A DNA stretch of 64,000 nucleotides from Strigamia acuminata (taxonomy: Eukaryota): NCBI GenBank assembly GCA_949358305.1, contig OX442314.1:23622001-23686000 (forward strand), given 5' to 3'. The notes under the pieces are model-generated. The model saw nothing but the letters and a program-made list of their open reading frames with translations. It did not search any database and was not told the DNA's origin. Made by a program: the position numbers and the translations under genes. Position 1 is the stretch's first letter, and the number at the start of each line of letters is the position of its first letter. Shown one piece after another: positions 25,413 through 38,867 of the stretch.

Positions 25413-27029
25413 AACAAGCAAATACCCAGATATACATTCAAGGTAATAGAGTTAACCTCTCCTGTGATTCAAAACATCTTTCTTCCTTTCCCTCTACAAT
25501 CATATAAAATTCCCTAGGCAACTAACTCAATACACAATTAAATTTTGTTGATTTAAGAATGTATAGAATTTGAGTTATGTTGTTTTCTCATTAATTTCAA
25601 TAGAAAATATCATGATTTTCTAATTTTTTTGTCTTAAACCTCGCAATAAAAATTAAAGTAATTAAAAAAAATAATTAGTAAAATTCATTAGTGTAATCTG
25701 ATATTTATAATTATAAAAAAAAACATTAACGAATAAGAATTTTAATTCCATCCTACCATATAATTCACCAGAACTTAGAAAAAACACCCCGTGTATAAAT
25801 TTCTGTTTTCTTTTTAATTAGAAAAGAAAAAGCTAGCTGTGTCATAAACAATTTAGCATTTAATTGGTTAATTGTTGTTTACCAGGCAAAAAAATAACGT
25901 CATAATAAATTCAAATTAGCAAGAAATTCAAACGGGCGCCTCCACATGCGATTACTGACCAGGTTTTTAAATTCACTCTTGGCACGTACATAAATTCGAC
26001 ACTACATACCAAGTTTGATGACCAACTTTGTAAAGAAACTCGAAACCAGACAAATAGCGAATAGAAAACCGCACAACTAAATGCTATCTTGCTCTATCAG
26101 CGAGCTTTAAGGCTGTGCTGATCAATTTTGTGTCTGACGACAACTGAAAGCAAATTTAAAGTAATGGTGGAAAAACAACTTTCCCCTTGTGTAAACAGTC
26201 ATCAAATTTTTAAAGAGGATAATGTCCCAATTTAATAATTCAAATAAAAAAATGATAAACGACTTTGGTTATTGTTTTTGTATTTTATCACACAAACTTA
26301 AAAAAAAAATTCAAATTTTTAGATGAATTTTTTAAATTTATTGCTGCTGTTTGTGTGCATGAATTTTTTGTAAGTGCCTATTAATAACTGCAGGGAGTTG
26401 ATAATAATAATAATAAAAAAGTTATGCATTTAAATGAGAAAAAAATCTCAAAATTTTAAATCAAATAAAATGTAAAGTATTTCTCATATACTCAAAATAT
26501 CGGCCATATTCATCGTTACTCTGGTTACCCATGTATAATTTACACAACAATTCAACTGATTTGCATAACTCTAACATTATTATTACTCAATTGACGTCTA
26601 AAACCACTTAATCATTCAATTGAGCATTGAAACACAACAAAATGCAATTGGAGAATTTCATTTATTTACTTCTTTTAAAACAAAAAGAAAGTTTTAATCA
26701 TTGAAACATTGTCGGTCTAATTTCGTTACAAATATAAATTGAGCCCCAGTTAATCCTCAGGTGACCAAAAAACTCTTATTATTCTTGGCCAAAACAGTTT
26801 CGAACAGAGTCTAATTCCAGAAGTTCAAGTCCAAAAGGATTTCATTAAAGCGAAACATTCGTCGAGTTCAACTTTAAATTTCAACTCCAAAATTCAACAT
26901 AGTCGAATTTATGGGAGCGCTAAAACTTAAAAATAACCCTTTTCCCATCTCACTATAAAAAAAAAACAACAATTTTTTTGCCCTAAAAAAAATTTAAAAA
27001 AAGTACTTGAAAAAAAAAAAAATCCTTAC

Positions 27030-27086
27030 CGTTTGAGTTCCTGTCATCGTCTTCCATGACGTCAAACGACGAAATCGCAGGCAAAT
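27030..27086 (-). CDS. sog: sog/chordin short exon: acidic linker after CR1
   Basis: tttag|AT TTG...AAC G|gtaag; (D)LPAISSFDVMEDDDRNSN; 57 nt, phase 1 to 1; resembles the acidic post-CR1 linker of Sog. Confidence 0.85.
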
Positions 27087-27157
27087 CTAAACCGAACAAA
27101 AAAACATCACCGTTCACTCTAAATGCATCAAAATACATCATTCAGTTAACAACTCAC

Positions 27158-27290
27158 CATTAAATCCATTCGTGCATAATTTACAGCATTGTCCCGGTAA
27201 CAACACAGGGTCTTCGCACGTAGGTTTAGTGCATTCATTTTTAATGTTTCTGCAGCGCACACGGCCGACAACTCTTCGTTTTTTCTGTAC
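27158..27290 (-). CDS. sog: sog/chordin exon: second half of CR1
   Basis: ttgcag|GTA CAG...AAT G|gtgagt; VQKKRRVVGRVRCRNIKNECTKPTCEDPVLLPGQCCKLCTNGFN; 133 nt, phase 0 to 1. Confidence 0.96.
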
Positions 27291-30200
27291 CTGCAAATGA
27301 AATAAAAATAAAAATTCAAAACATTTGGATTTTCGTCCCAAAAAAAAAAAAAAAAAAACTATTCGGAGAAATAAAAGAAGTGTGTTTTGCTGATTTAGTC
27401 TTATGTCGGTACCACATGCTGCAAAAAGGTGTGGCTATGGGGAGTTTAAGTTGGTTGTGTGGGACTCTGTTCTGCTGATTCAGCTCCAGTTTCACTGAAA
27501 TGTGCCGACAAAAATTTCACGCATGCTCACACATCTTTGCACCTTTTAAAACTTTTATTTAAAAAAAGAAGAAAAAAAATATAACAAAATAAAAAGGGCC
27601 CCCAAAACCGCAACTTTAATTAAAATTCTTACTCTAAAAAATAAAACGAACAACAACAACCGCTAGAAAACCTGTTAGTCATCGTCAATACCGTTTTGGA
27701 CGCACAAGAATGAGCCAATACCGGTCACTAATGAAATTTTCCGCACTCTTGATTCACCGAATTTCCCAACAAATTTTCTGCGCAACTTCAAATAATTCAC
27801 TAAGACGATAATTCACTAACCAGAATTTAATTCCAACGATAATTGCAAATCACGGCGCCACTTTCCCACCAAAAATTTTTAATCCTTCCCATTGTTCTTT
27901 CAATATGTATTCGTATTTCAGCAATTCTTCTTCCTTCCACAATTTCAGGTACATCAAACTGGTGTTTATCTCTCAAAAAAGGTGGAATGTTTAATCTACA
28001 ATCTCTTACAATTGTTAAAATTATTGTTAAATAAAGTAGTTACCAATCCATCAAAAAATCCCAAAAAAAAACGCGCAAAAAAATGACTAAAAAGAAATCT
28101 GACATTCCACTCGTGTATTATTTCAATTGGTATGTTTGGCCATACAGTTCCAGATTAATTGAATCTTTATTTGCTCTTAGCTCCATTCTTTTATTTTCGC
28201 CCTCAAGATGTAGGAAAACAAACTGAGCAATCTGCTGACTCCTCCAAACTGCGATCCAAAGTAACGCTCAGCTGTTTGTATTGTTTGTTGTGTGTTTTTG
28301 TCAGAATTTTGGATCAAATCCAAATCGCGCGCGAGCGAGGCATCACAATCATCTGGAGACGAGGTTAAGCAATTGGGGCATGACTTGGCGGGGCGGCAAC
28401 TCAATTGGGTGTTGGTGAGTCGGAACATTGAAAGCAGAATGTGGTGAATTCAATTCACTCGGATAAAATCCCTTCGACCGCCTTCCCCAGCATCCCGTCG
28501 CCATGGAAACACAATCTGGGGTGGGGTCAAGGAAATGCGTGGAATTAATGCAATCCCGCGCTCGCCTGCGCAACCAGACGCTAACATGCTTTTCATGAGT
28601 CACGCCGCTCCCTTCCGCCCAACTCCAATCCCTCGCTTCATCATGTGCAGAGATCGGCCATCTCACTAAGGCTCAACTTGTCTTGAGACGCTAGAGACGC
28701 GCATCTGCCTACTTTCTTATCTGCAACCCAAAAAAAAAATAGCAAAAAAAAAAATTTGTTCTTCTTCGCCTCATGTCACGCATCGTGTCCCGCTGTAGTG
28801 GCGTCCATATTTTTCACCCTGTCCCATTATCGACCTTTGCGTGTAAACTCGGGGGCGAACGCGAATTACCCTCATTAATTGCCTCAACAATATCACTCGT
28901 GTCATGGTGGATGGCAAGGACAGATAGTGCACGCGAAAAAATATGTTTTTACTCATAAAAGCGGCGCTTTAATACAGTCTTTGACCTTAGCACTGCAAAC
29001 TTGCTATCTTTTTTCGAGGGCGAGGGACCCGTCGTAAAAAGGAAACAATGTGCAACCTGGGATCAAATCTCAACATATTCAAAATGTTAAATAAAGAATA
29101 AAATATACCATTGTATTTTTTTTGTTTTTGTTTGAAATCTCTACTTGGTTTATTCAAATTGAAGATTTTTTTTTATATAGGGAAATCCCCTGGATTTACT
29201 TATGGAGCGTTGTTGGTTCTGAAAAATTAAACAACGCGCCACTTCCGGTTTTGCCTTTCTAAGACAAACGTGAAACATCTCGCCTCTAAATATCTAATAA
29301 TTTCCTTTTTAAATTTTTGATTGTCCTTGTCTCCTTGCAGATTTTTCTAGTTTCTATGCACAACTCCCACGAAGAATATACCAGTATATACTAACATATT
29401 ACATAAGCAGGTCCAGGAAAAGTGCTCTAGAGGGGTGCCTAGTACACCCAGGGAGAGTCCCTCTAGACCTCTTCACGAAGACTGACTGTGTCCATTCTAC
29501 AGAGCGTTATCATTTAAACTGGGCACTAATGTTTTTCTTCTAAAGTGATGGAGCTGGATTATTGATAATGATTTTCAGGAACAAAGCGCATAAGTATTTT
29601 ATTCTCTCTCTTTTTACACAGGTGGCGCTACACGAAGGCAGCGTCATAATCCATAATTTGTATGGAGTGCAAACACTCCAGGCACGAAATAATTTTTATA
29701 TATCTTTCCTGCGCTATGCGCTGATAGTTTCTTCTTGAATGCAAGCAGAAATATCAGCACAAGGTGCAGAAAGGGTAAACATTACTCCGTGAAACTGGGC
29801 ATTTGTAGATTAAGCCCAAATCAACCAGGCTGAAGTTTGCACAACATTACTTTCGCGATAGTCTACGGACAGACCGATACCCCCAAAACACAAAAACACT
29901 CAAATCTCAAAATCTATACCTTGGAATTGTCTGAAAATTGGCCAGCATGTAGTCAAGAGGGTCCCTTTGCTTCGTTCAAAAGCATTAAAACTTCCGGAAT
30001 CTACATTCTCGATCAGAGAAGGATTATGGCCTAGGCAAAAAAATTCTAAAGTCCCAAAAAGCTTAATCCGGCCCTGGATACCAAGTTACCATCAGTTTTG
30101 TGAACATTTCTGACTGCCAAAAATAATTATGCAGACTTAATATTCGCTACAAGGGACTTGGAAAAAATTTTTCTAGGGCCCCAAAAAGCTTAATCCGCAC

Positions 30201-32779
30201 CTGTACTCATGATAAGAAAATAATCAAGTCTCGGCGACGATTCATTTTGCAGTCTAGTCTAGATAAAGCAAATTTTTGACATTACCAGACATTAAAAAAG
30301 TATGGATACCATAGTCTTGCCCCGTCCTCGATGGGCCCTGTCTAGAGGGAGTTCACCGCATATGGTAATTGAATTGCAGAAACGTTTAAGCACGCTATTT
30401 TTTATCTCAAGAAAATGTAGTTTAAAAAAATGCAATACACATGAATCACGAGTTGCATTATTAGACTTAATTTAATCACAGCATCCCTGGCAAACCGAGC
30501 AAGTTTCCCATAATTCGGTGCAGTCGAATGGATTCCTGCGAGAAAACGCCTCGTAAGTTTTGAACCAGTCAAAATTATCTTTTTAATTTAGAGACATTCG
30601 AGAAAAGCTGCTAAAATATTAAACCACTTCACATGGTTTTAAAACAAAAAAACTTCAAAACAAGTAAAACATCTCAAAAAGCGACTTTGTGACCACGGCA
30701 AGACAAGCCTCGTTTCCGGTATAATTCATCCAACTTGACTTGCATTTCCAATTAATTGCAAAATCACCAGGTTTAAAGAATGCAGCTTTTCATTCATCGA
30801 TGAACAATTTAAATATTTAATAATCTAGAGTCTAAAGTAACAGCACAATTAAGCTCTTTTAATAATGATAAGCATGCACATCAAGTCAAAACAATTTACA
30901 ACTAATGGATTTTTGCAATAGCAAACATTCTCAGGTGTGTTCCATCACAATGTGTTGCAAAAGGTCACGTGTTAATTAATGGCTTTCAGAAACCATGTTT
31001 AGTGCCATAAATAATAAAACGTAGATTATCCACACGAAAATATTTCCCCAATCAAACAACATAAATGTATTCGACAAACAATCAAACCCAGTAGCGGTTA
31101 CCCATAAAGCAAAGTTACCCACGAGCCCCAAAGGTCAGAAATTAATTTTGTAGACGACAACCGATGCGACGGAAATTGACGGCAACAATAGCAACTACAA
31201 TGCGAAACTCTTTAATCACTGCCAGTTGTGCAAAGTTGTAACGACTTTTATTTTTACAACTGCGTAATTCCTGCATTACATGCATGTTTATTAAACTGTT
31301 CATCACCTTTTAAGTCAATTTCACTACCAATTTCCACACTGTCAATTACCTATTAGCGTGTAATCAAATCACGCATCTAATCAATACTTTGTCACGCATT
31401 TGAATTACCTTTCTCGCTTCATTTGCCCTAACCCAGAATTTGATATCACATTAACTCAGCAGCCATAAAACTCTTAATAACATACTTTTTATTACGCAAT
31501 ATTTATCTCACCGACACTTGCACGGCAAAATAATGTGTGCTTTGTCACAAGGGCCCCATGTTCGAGTCCCTTCGACGCAAAAAAAAACCAAATCGAAGGG
31601 CACAAGGTGAGTTTATTAACACTTTCTACGTCGTTCTATCTCAGGCCCAACCTCCTGTGTACTTAAATTGAAAGTCAGCCAAGGTCGGACGCCAGTTGTA
31701 GTAAACAATCCCCCATTATAACAAACTGATTCATGCTATTAGCTTATCACACAATAAAAAATGATAAAGAAATAACAAAAAGAGATAATTTAATTTCAAG
31801 ATCCGTATACTGTAGTCATCAATATCAATCTACAACTTTACAACCGAGATAAGATTTACAGATTTCAACTCAAACAGTATTTTTAGTTTCTATTTAATTT
31901 CTCCTTGAAAAATAAAAACCTTGTTATAATAAATCAAATATAGGAAAGAGTTTAGTTTCACTCAAAAATTAATTGCTCTTAATTGATTAATTACATATGG
32001 TGGAGTTTTTGAACCGATGAGGAAATGTCTTGGTCCTTCGAAGAACAACAATTCAAAATGTAAAAATTCCATCTGACAAAATATTTGCGCATTCGGTCAA
32101 AGGTTAAACTTTTGTGGTATTAATTAATTAACTAATCATAACAAACACTAATTTAGCGCAATCCATAAATCAACACTATAATTGACCTTTAATTCATATT
32201 TATTGGTCCAAAAATTGGACTTAACTCAATGCAACTTTGATGAATGACTATTTCAAATGAGCTTAAAATGAGCAGCATGTATAATTGCAAATGACTGATG
32301 TGCTTCCCATGGCAATGTCACACACATATCACTAAATCAGTCACAAACGATTCGTATTTCTCATTAGAGCGATTAATAATCCAAAAATTTCAAAAAAAAA
32401 AATCGCTTTTTGACAGTTTAGCGGCCCCCAGTCGGCTAAAATGAATTAGAAATTTTATAGCCAACATTTTGTGTTTTATAATGTGTTTTTCCTATTAGAA
32501 TTTTTTTAAAAAAAATTAATACATGCTGTTGCAAGTTTTCAAGGTCATTGAGTTATTATAATGAGGTTTAAGTCCCAGTAAAACTCGCCCCGAGGGTCAT
32601 TGAGCGATTTTTGTGCCTCACTATCGATGCTGGCCGGCACACGGACGCCTCGTACGCATTTAAACTCCGACCCAGAATTGCTGAGCAATAAAAAATTGAG
32701 GCCTTGATCGTCATTTATCACCACGCAATGAATTTGGTTGCGATTTAGTTTTCTCTTTCCAAATCCCTGTCAGTGCTCG

Positions 32780-33189
32780 AACGAAGAAAAATTAAAGACG
32801 ACGTAAAAAGTCGTATATATTTTTAAAACATATTTTATATAAAATATAAAATTCCACGCAACCTGCATCGTAGTCGATTACAAAGTGCACAAATTGCGTT
32901 CAAAAAATCCATGTCCATGCCAAATCGGATTTCGACGAAACTTGGTTTTGGGGGTTTCTAACATGGTTTCCTGACAGTTTCCAAACTTTCTGACACCTAG
33001 CTTTTGCGGTTTTCGAACAACGCCAATTTTAACGTTCATAAAGTCCACATAACGAAGAAAAATTAAAGACGATGTAAAAAGTCGCCCGTTTTATTTTATT
33101 TATATTTTTAAAATATATTTCATAGAAAGTTTAATTCTTGGCAATGACACGGTGTTCGTAATCTCACGCAACTGCATCGTAGTTGATTT
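32780..33189 (+). repeat. local direct duplication
   Basis: aacgaagaaaaattaaagacgaYgtaaaaagtcg ... cacgcaac(c)tgcatcgtagtYgatt occurs at about 32780-32879 and again at about 33051-33189. Confidence 0.8.
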
Positions 33190-34486
33190 CCAACGTCCAA
33201 TCTAAACAAAAAAAAGACGTTCTGACTGCGTTTGGCGCCAGTTTGACGTAGATGATCCAACTCCAGTTAATGACAGTCATATTCACAGATTTTGGGGAGT
33301 AGACAGACGCGACACCTCAGTGGAAATATATTATTCTCTGTGGTCATAATCAACTATTTTTTTTCCCTGCCGAAAATGAAGCAATCAAACTGTGTTTGCT
33401 CCCACTTAATTTGTTGTTCAAAGTTTCAAGAAAACAAAATCAAATTAACACATTTAATTGCTACATTTTTTCCGTGACGCAATCAGTGACGCAATTTCGC
33501 AAAAAAACAAATCAAAACAATTGATAAATATGAAAATATTTTGTTTTTCAAACATTCAAAAAACGTTATCACCTGACTGTGTAAATGGGGTTAATTTATG
33601 ATACGATGCGCTCGCTCGTTAAAGGGAACTTTGGCACTTGAGCAAGTTGGCACTACGTCGAATTTAATCCTTGCAAGGAGCGAGACTTCCAAGTTTCCCA
33701 ATATATATATATCCAGCTAAGGTCACGGTTATTCCCGTGAGCTTCTAATTTTCAAATGATGAATCACGCAACACTTTTTTTCTCCTCAATTTTTTGTTAT
33801 TGTTTTTCAGCATTTTTCACTCCATCAAGCCATTACCAAATACGGCAATAAAAAAATCGTTTTATTTAAGTAGAAATAAAAGCTGGAAATGTATTAACTT
33901 GTGTAATGGTAAATAAAACAGCTGAGCAATAAAATAAAAATAAAAATAAAATAAAAAGAACCTGAAAACTAAAGCGCTTTCGTATACCGGTATTAACTTC
34001 GAGTCAACAAATTGTCTCGTGACAAATACAAATTAAACGCTAAGTGTCAGCATTATTGCATAAACTTCCACCAAGTAAAACCCCATTATCACGCAATTAC
34101 ACATTTCATTAACGTCTTTATTCTGAGACAATTTGAACGAGCAGAGCATCACGAGTAAACAATAACGCCAACAACACAAAGAGACAATCCTTGATCTCGC
34201 AGTCGTTGAGCCAATTGATTCAGATTACACCAGGTGAATTCATTAAGGACTGCAAATTGCTTGTTTTACCATTCAAACAAGCGATTTACACTCGTTACTA
34301 ATTCATTGAATGTGCCTAGGACTTCTATAAGCCTATACAAGAAAATTTACCGGGTGCGGAACAACAATTGGACACAGGCTCCCCCCCCCCCCCCCCTTAA
34401 AACAGACCACCTGTTTCTAAAGGCCCCTGATGAATTTTTCGCACACAAAAATGCAGTTTGTTCCATTGAAAAATTCATTTCTTAAC

Positions 34487-34760
34487 CTAAAAATTCATTA
34501 TTTTCGCCTCAAAATTCATTTTTTTCGCCTCAAAATTCATTATTTTCGCCTCAAAATTCATTATTTTCGCCTAAAATTTTATTATTTTCGCCTAAAATTT
34601 CATTATTTTCGCCTAAAATTTAATTCTTTTCGCCTAAAATTCCATTATTTTCGCCTAAAATTTCATTATTTTCGCCTAAAATTTCATTTTTTCGCCTAAA
34701 ATTTCATTTTTTCGCCTAAAATTTCATTTTTTCGCCTAAAATATCATTTTTTCGCCTAAG
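34487..34760. repeat. 21-bp minisatellite (AAAATTCATTATTTTCGCCTM)
   Basis: About 13 tandem units; the source of the spurious LKIHYFR-repeat ORF; flanked by GC-rich, TE-like ends (poly-C at about 34380; ggggcccc...cgccact at about 34839-34862). Confidence 0.9.
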
Positions 34761-37164
34761 ATTTTATTCTTCCCATATTTGTATTTTATTTATTAATTTT
34801 ATTTTATCAGTTCTTTTTTTTTTGGATTTTGTTGTGACGGGGCCCCATCGTACCGCGCCACTATTAACTAACGCCTTTTCCGTTAGCACTTCACAATAAC
34901 ATAAAACTATAAAGTCGTCACTCCCGTTCCGTTACTCAACGGACCAGTAGGAAGTTAATGAAACACGCCGATAGAAAATAAACGCAAATTTTTGTGATAA
35001 TTACGTATTAAAAAAAAAAATTAAAAAGCTCACAGTATAATTAAAATGCTAATTTTTCTATTTCCAATTATTCCCAAATTCACAATTCCCCGTAATCAGC
35101 TTAAAAAAATAATAAAACACAATTTTAAAACCTTTAGAAATTATGCATCTGACGCACACTCGACTCGAGCACCCTCCAAAAAAAATTTAAAACCTCCACT
35201 GCTGCTATTTATCACCGAAAAGGGTAAAGGCAATCTCGCCTACCGGTACTTGAAAAAACCCCAAAATTTATGCATTGTCAGATATACAAAGTCACTTGTT
35301 GTCCGCCTTTTTGCGTCTTTCTCACACCTCCACTTGACAGAACTCACAACTCACCGGACAACCCCCTAAGTAGCAAGGATTAGAAGAACGTCCGGGTTGC
35401 AGCTCCACCTACAGACCACCTCATTGCAAAATAAAAGCCATTGACGAACCTATAGCTCCCACACAGCAACGTGCGCATTCATTAACACTGTGACAAGCCG
35501 TTTGTTGTAGCGGGGGACATTAATCATGTTGCTTTACAATTTACTCAACCTCATTTGCACCTGATTCCAACAAGAACAATTTTCATTCCTTTTCTTTCCG
35601 CTAAATTACGTGTCATTTTAACGCGCTCAAAGCCCATAACGTGATTGTTTTCGACTTCTCTCTTTTCATTTTTTGCAATTTTTATTTATAAAATAAGTGC
35701 ATTAAGGTCGATAAAAATCTAAGAAAAGAAAGAAGGAAAGGAAGAAAAAAAAATTGAAAAGTCTCTTTTTCTTTTTTAAATTTGGATGTTTGGTTAAACT
35801 TAGAAGTCTGTCCAACTCCTTATGGAGCCTCAAACTACTTTTTCTCCCCCCTCTTCCTCGAGTTTTGCAATCAAATTTTTGACCATCTTAACATACTTTT
35901 AATGCTCTAATTATGCAAAAAACGGAAGGAAAAAACCTGCCAATTCTGTAATTACTAGTCTGTGTGGTTTCCGTGGTAAGTACAAAATTAATTTCCTGAC
36001 ACCAATTTACTGAATAAATATTAAAATTTTATTAACGAAATAATAAATAATCTTTTAAGACTTAAGTAGTTAAAGTTGTCGATGCACACATTCGGCACTA
36101 TCAACCCTTTTAATAATGTACTCATTTAGAGCATTTGCTCAAGATTCTCCATTTGTATAAAAATTGCTAATGCACTCATTTAAATCATTTGCTAACGTTT
36201 ACATTCAAGAAAATTCAAGATTCTCCATTTGTATAAAAATTTCAAAGGGGCACCGTCCCTCCTGTGCCGCAATGTAGAACTACGTCCGGAGTGAGATGAA
36301 GGAATGTTTAGTTTTTAATTTTGTAAAGTTATTGATTAAAACAAAAATTTACAGTCTTTGTAAATGTGACTTTACAAAGCTAAAAGGTCAAATTTACATT
36401 AACTTTTCAGCAATTAAAAGACGTTTAAAGCCATATTTTTTCCAGTGTATTATGCGCACTTTGTATATTGTGTTGCATTGTATTGTGCCTTCAACAGACG
36501 GCATGTTGTGTCGGTTTCCGTTCCCTACGTCATTTCCGTTCTCTACGTCATCCCCGTCCGATTGTTGCAGCCCGCCTGGTGCCAAGACGTAGTTTTATGT
36601 CAAAAACGTCCATAAAAGAAAATCCGCTTATTTTGGGTGGAATAGTTCCGCGAGGGACAAACTCTACTCGAGCATTTAAAATTTTTAAAATCGAGTATGG
36701 AAAACGCGGCATTTACACACAAGGAAGCAGCTAAAGAAATTTGTCTATTGGAATTTCGCTTTCACTCTTGCAGCATGTTAATTTATTACGGAGCACTATT
36801 TTTTTTTTTTATTATTATTATTTGAATTATAAAAAGGTGCATCCGTTATTGCACAATTGCATCTTAATTACGCATCTCCGCGGGATTTTTTTTGTAGATT
36901 TTAATTTCTTTTATATTTCCTTAGAAGAAATGACTCATTCATTTTTTTTTTTCTGTTAAAATTTTTTTTATTTGCCTCGGCCTTATCATCAATTCATTTA
37001 AAGTCTTTACGTGTCACAAATATGATTATTTTGGGGTTTGGAGAAGATATTTTTGAATCCCTTCCAACGACCTCGTCTCGTTTTCCACGTGGAATAAATT
37101 CAAAGTAATAATGCATTTGCACAATGTGTTTATTCCAGCCTCTGCCCTCTCCAATCTCATGTGT

Positions 37165-37368
37165 GTTACCGTGGCAACAACATCAAAGATGATCAAACTC
37201 GTAAAAAGATGAGGGTTGCCATAGAAACATTCGCCCGACAATTTAAAATTTGTTTCTTTAATACCATTTGACATCCATTAAAGTATTTTCCATGTAACAG
37301 GATTAAATTGACATTCCATTTAGAAACGCACAGTTTGTTCCGTGCTTATGACCCGTTTCCATAGCAAC
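37165..37368. promoter_or_regulatory. cluster of three RFX X-boxes plus a TCF/LEF site
   Basis: GTTACCGTGGCAAC (37165), GTTGCCATAGAAAC (37215), GTTTCCATAGCAAC (37355); ACATCAAAG at 37180. Confidence 0.5.
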
Positions 37369-38867
37369 AGCCATTGCGGATTTCCAAAAAACTAATATAT
37401 ATATCGAGACCTAGTCAAAACTCAACACAGTTGAAAATAAAAGAAAAACAATGGGATTTTTAAAGACAAACTCACTTTTTTAAAAAAAAATACATTAAAA
37501 TGCTTAGAAATAAAATTCTATATGGAAAAAATAAATAAATAAATAAAAAGAAAAATTTTGATGCCAAAATAAAATATTCATCTGCACCTTTAAAATTTTG
37601 ATGTACTTTGAAGTTAAAAGAGAAAACTTCGAAACGAGCAAAGAGAAAGAGAATGAGTTTCAATCATTTGGAAGATGTTTTTTCATGTGATGCCATCAAC
37701 TTAAAATTTCTTTTAAGTGCAGAGATGAGAGAGAAAAAAAATTCTTCAATAAAAGGGAAAAAGGAAAAATAATCCAAGTTATAAAAATTATTTTTTAAAA
37801 AAAAAAAATCTTTCAGAATGGTTTCTCAATTGAATACAATTTTCAAAGTAATTTGCATTTGCGCTAATTAAATGTATTGAAGAGGAAAAAGTCATTTGGA
37901 GAATGATATCAGATGATAAAAGAGGGGACAAAAAGACTTTTCTCGAGCATTTATCATTAATTTTGTCATTGGCAACAATAGAGTGGTTAAACGAGATATG
38001 GAAGAAAATAAAACGAAAAAAAAAGAAAAGATCTCAGTACTTATATGGTGTATCAATGTCGTTGCCGAAACTTATTCTAGCGGAAGTAGCGTCATATATT
38101 ATGCTCTTTCAGCTCCCATGCTGCATTTAAGAAGCTTACAAAAAGAAGATGGCAGCTGAAATTGAAACTGAAATAAATTCTCAGCCCAAGTAATCTCTCA
38201 AAATGGCTAACAAAAATGTGATAAAGAAGTGCTTCAATTACGGCCATTTCCAATAAAAAAAAAAGTTGCAAAATATTGCGAAAAGTTGCCATTACCATCA
38301 ATAACAGCAAGAACACACAAGTAAAAGATGACAACTCATTTACAAACTCGATTTTATCTTTTTTTAAATTCAGTCCAGGAAAAATCGACATTGTTCACAC
38401 TTTGCCCCCTAGAGCTTCGCTGCACTTCACTAACCAAATGAAATTAACAATCAAAACCTCAATTGTGTTACCGGCAATTTACTGCTGGATTTCCCCCACA
38501 CTGTTTGCTCAGATTATAGAAACAATTTCAAATTGTTTTGTCCAAACTGTAGCTCTACGCCTAACCGTGTGATTTTATTACAGACCGTCAAAACATTCCT
38601 GATCAGAGAATTTGATTACAAAATTCGGTCCCATATATACTCCTTTTATGTTGAACGAGCTCGTGTTCCATTTCATTTTTCTTTTTCGTTTTATGTTACT
38701 AAAACAACAAAACCCTTAATAAATTCTTCGCATTCTAACAAAGCTGTGTATCAATAAAAGTAATTCATCTTGCTTTATTAACATCAGCTTTTCTCTACAA
38801 TACATATTTGCAGTATTTGTGGTATTCTCTCATTTTATTACATACTAGCTGTGGCTTATAAATAAAT

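Noticed and set aside
27404..27510. 9-bp inverted repeat closing a 107-nt segment near the CR1 acceptor
   Set aside because: The stem is too short and contains a mismatch on the transcribed strand.
31535..31600. tRNA/SINE-like B-box GTTCGAGTCCC
   Set aside because: No A-box or cloverleaf; at most a decayed SINE fragment.
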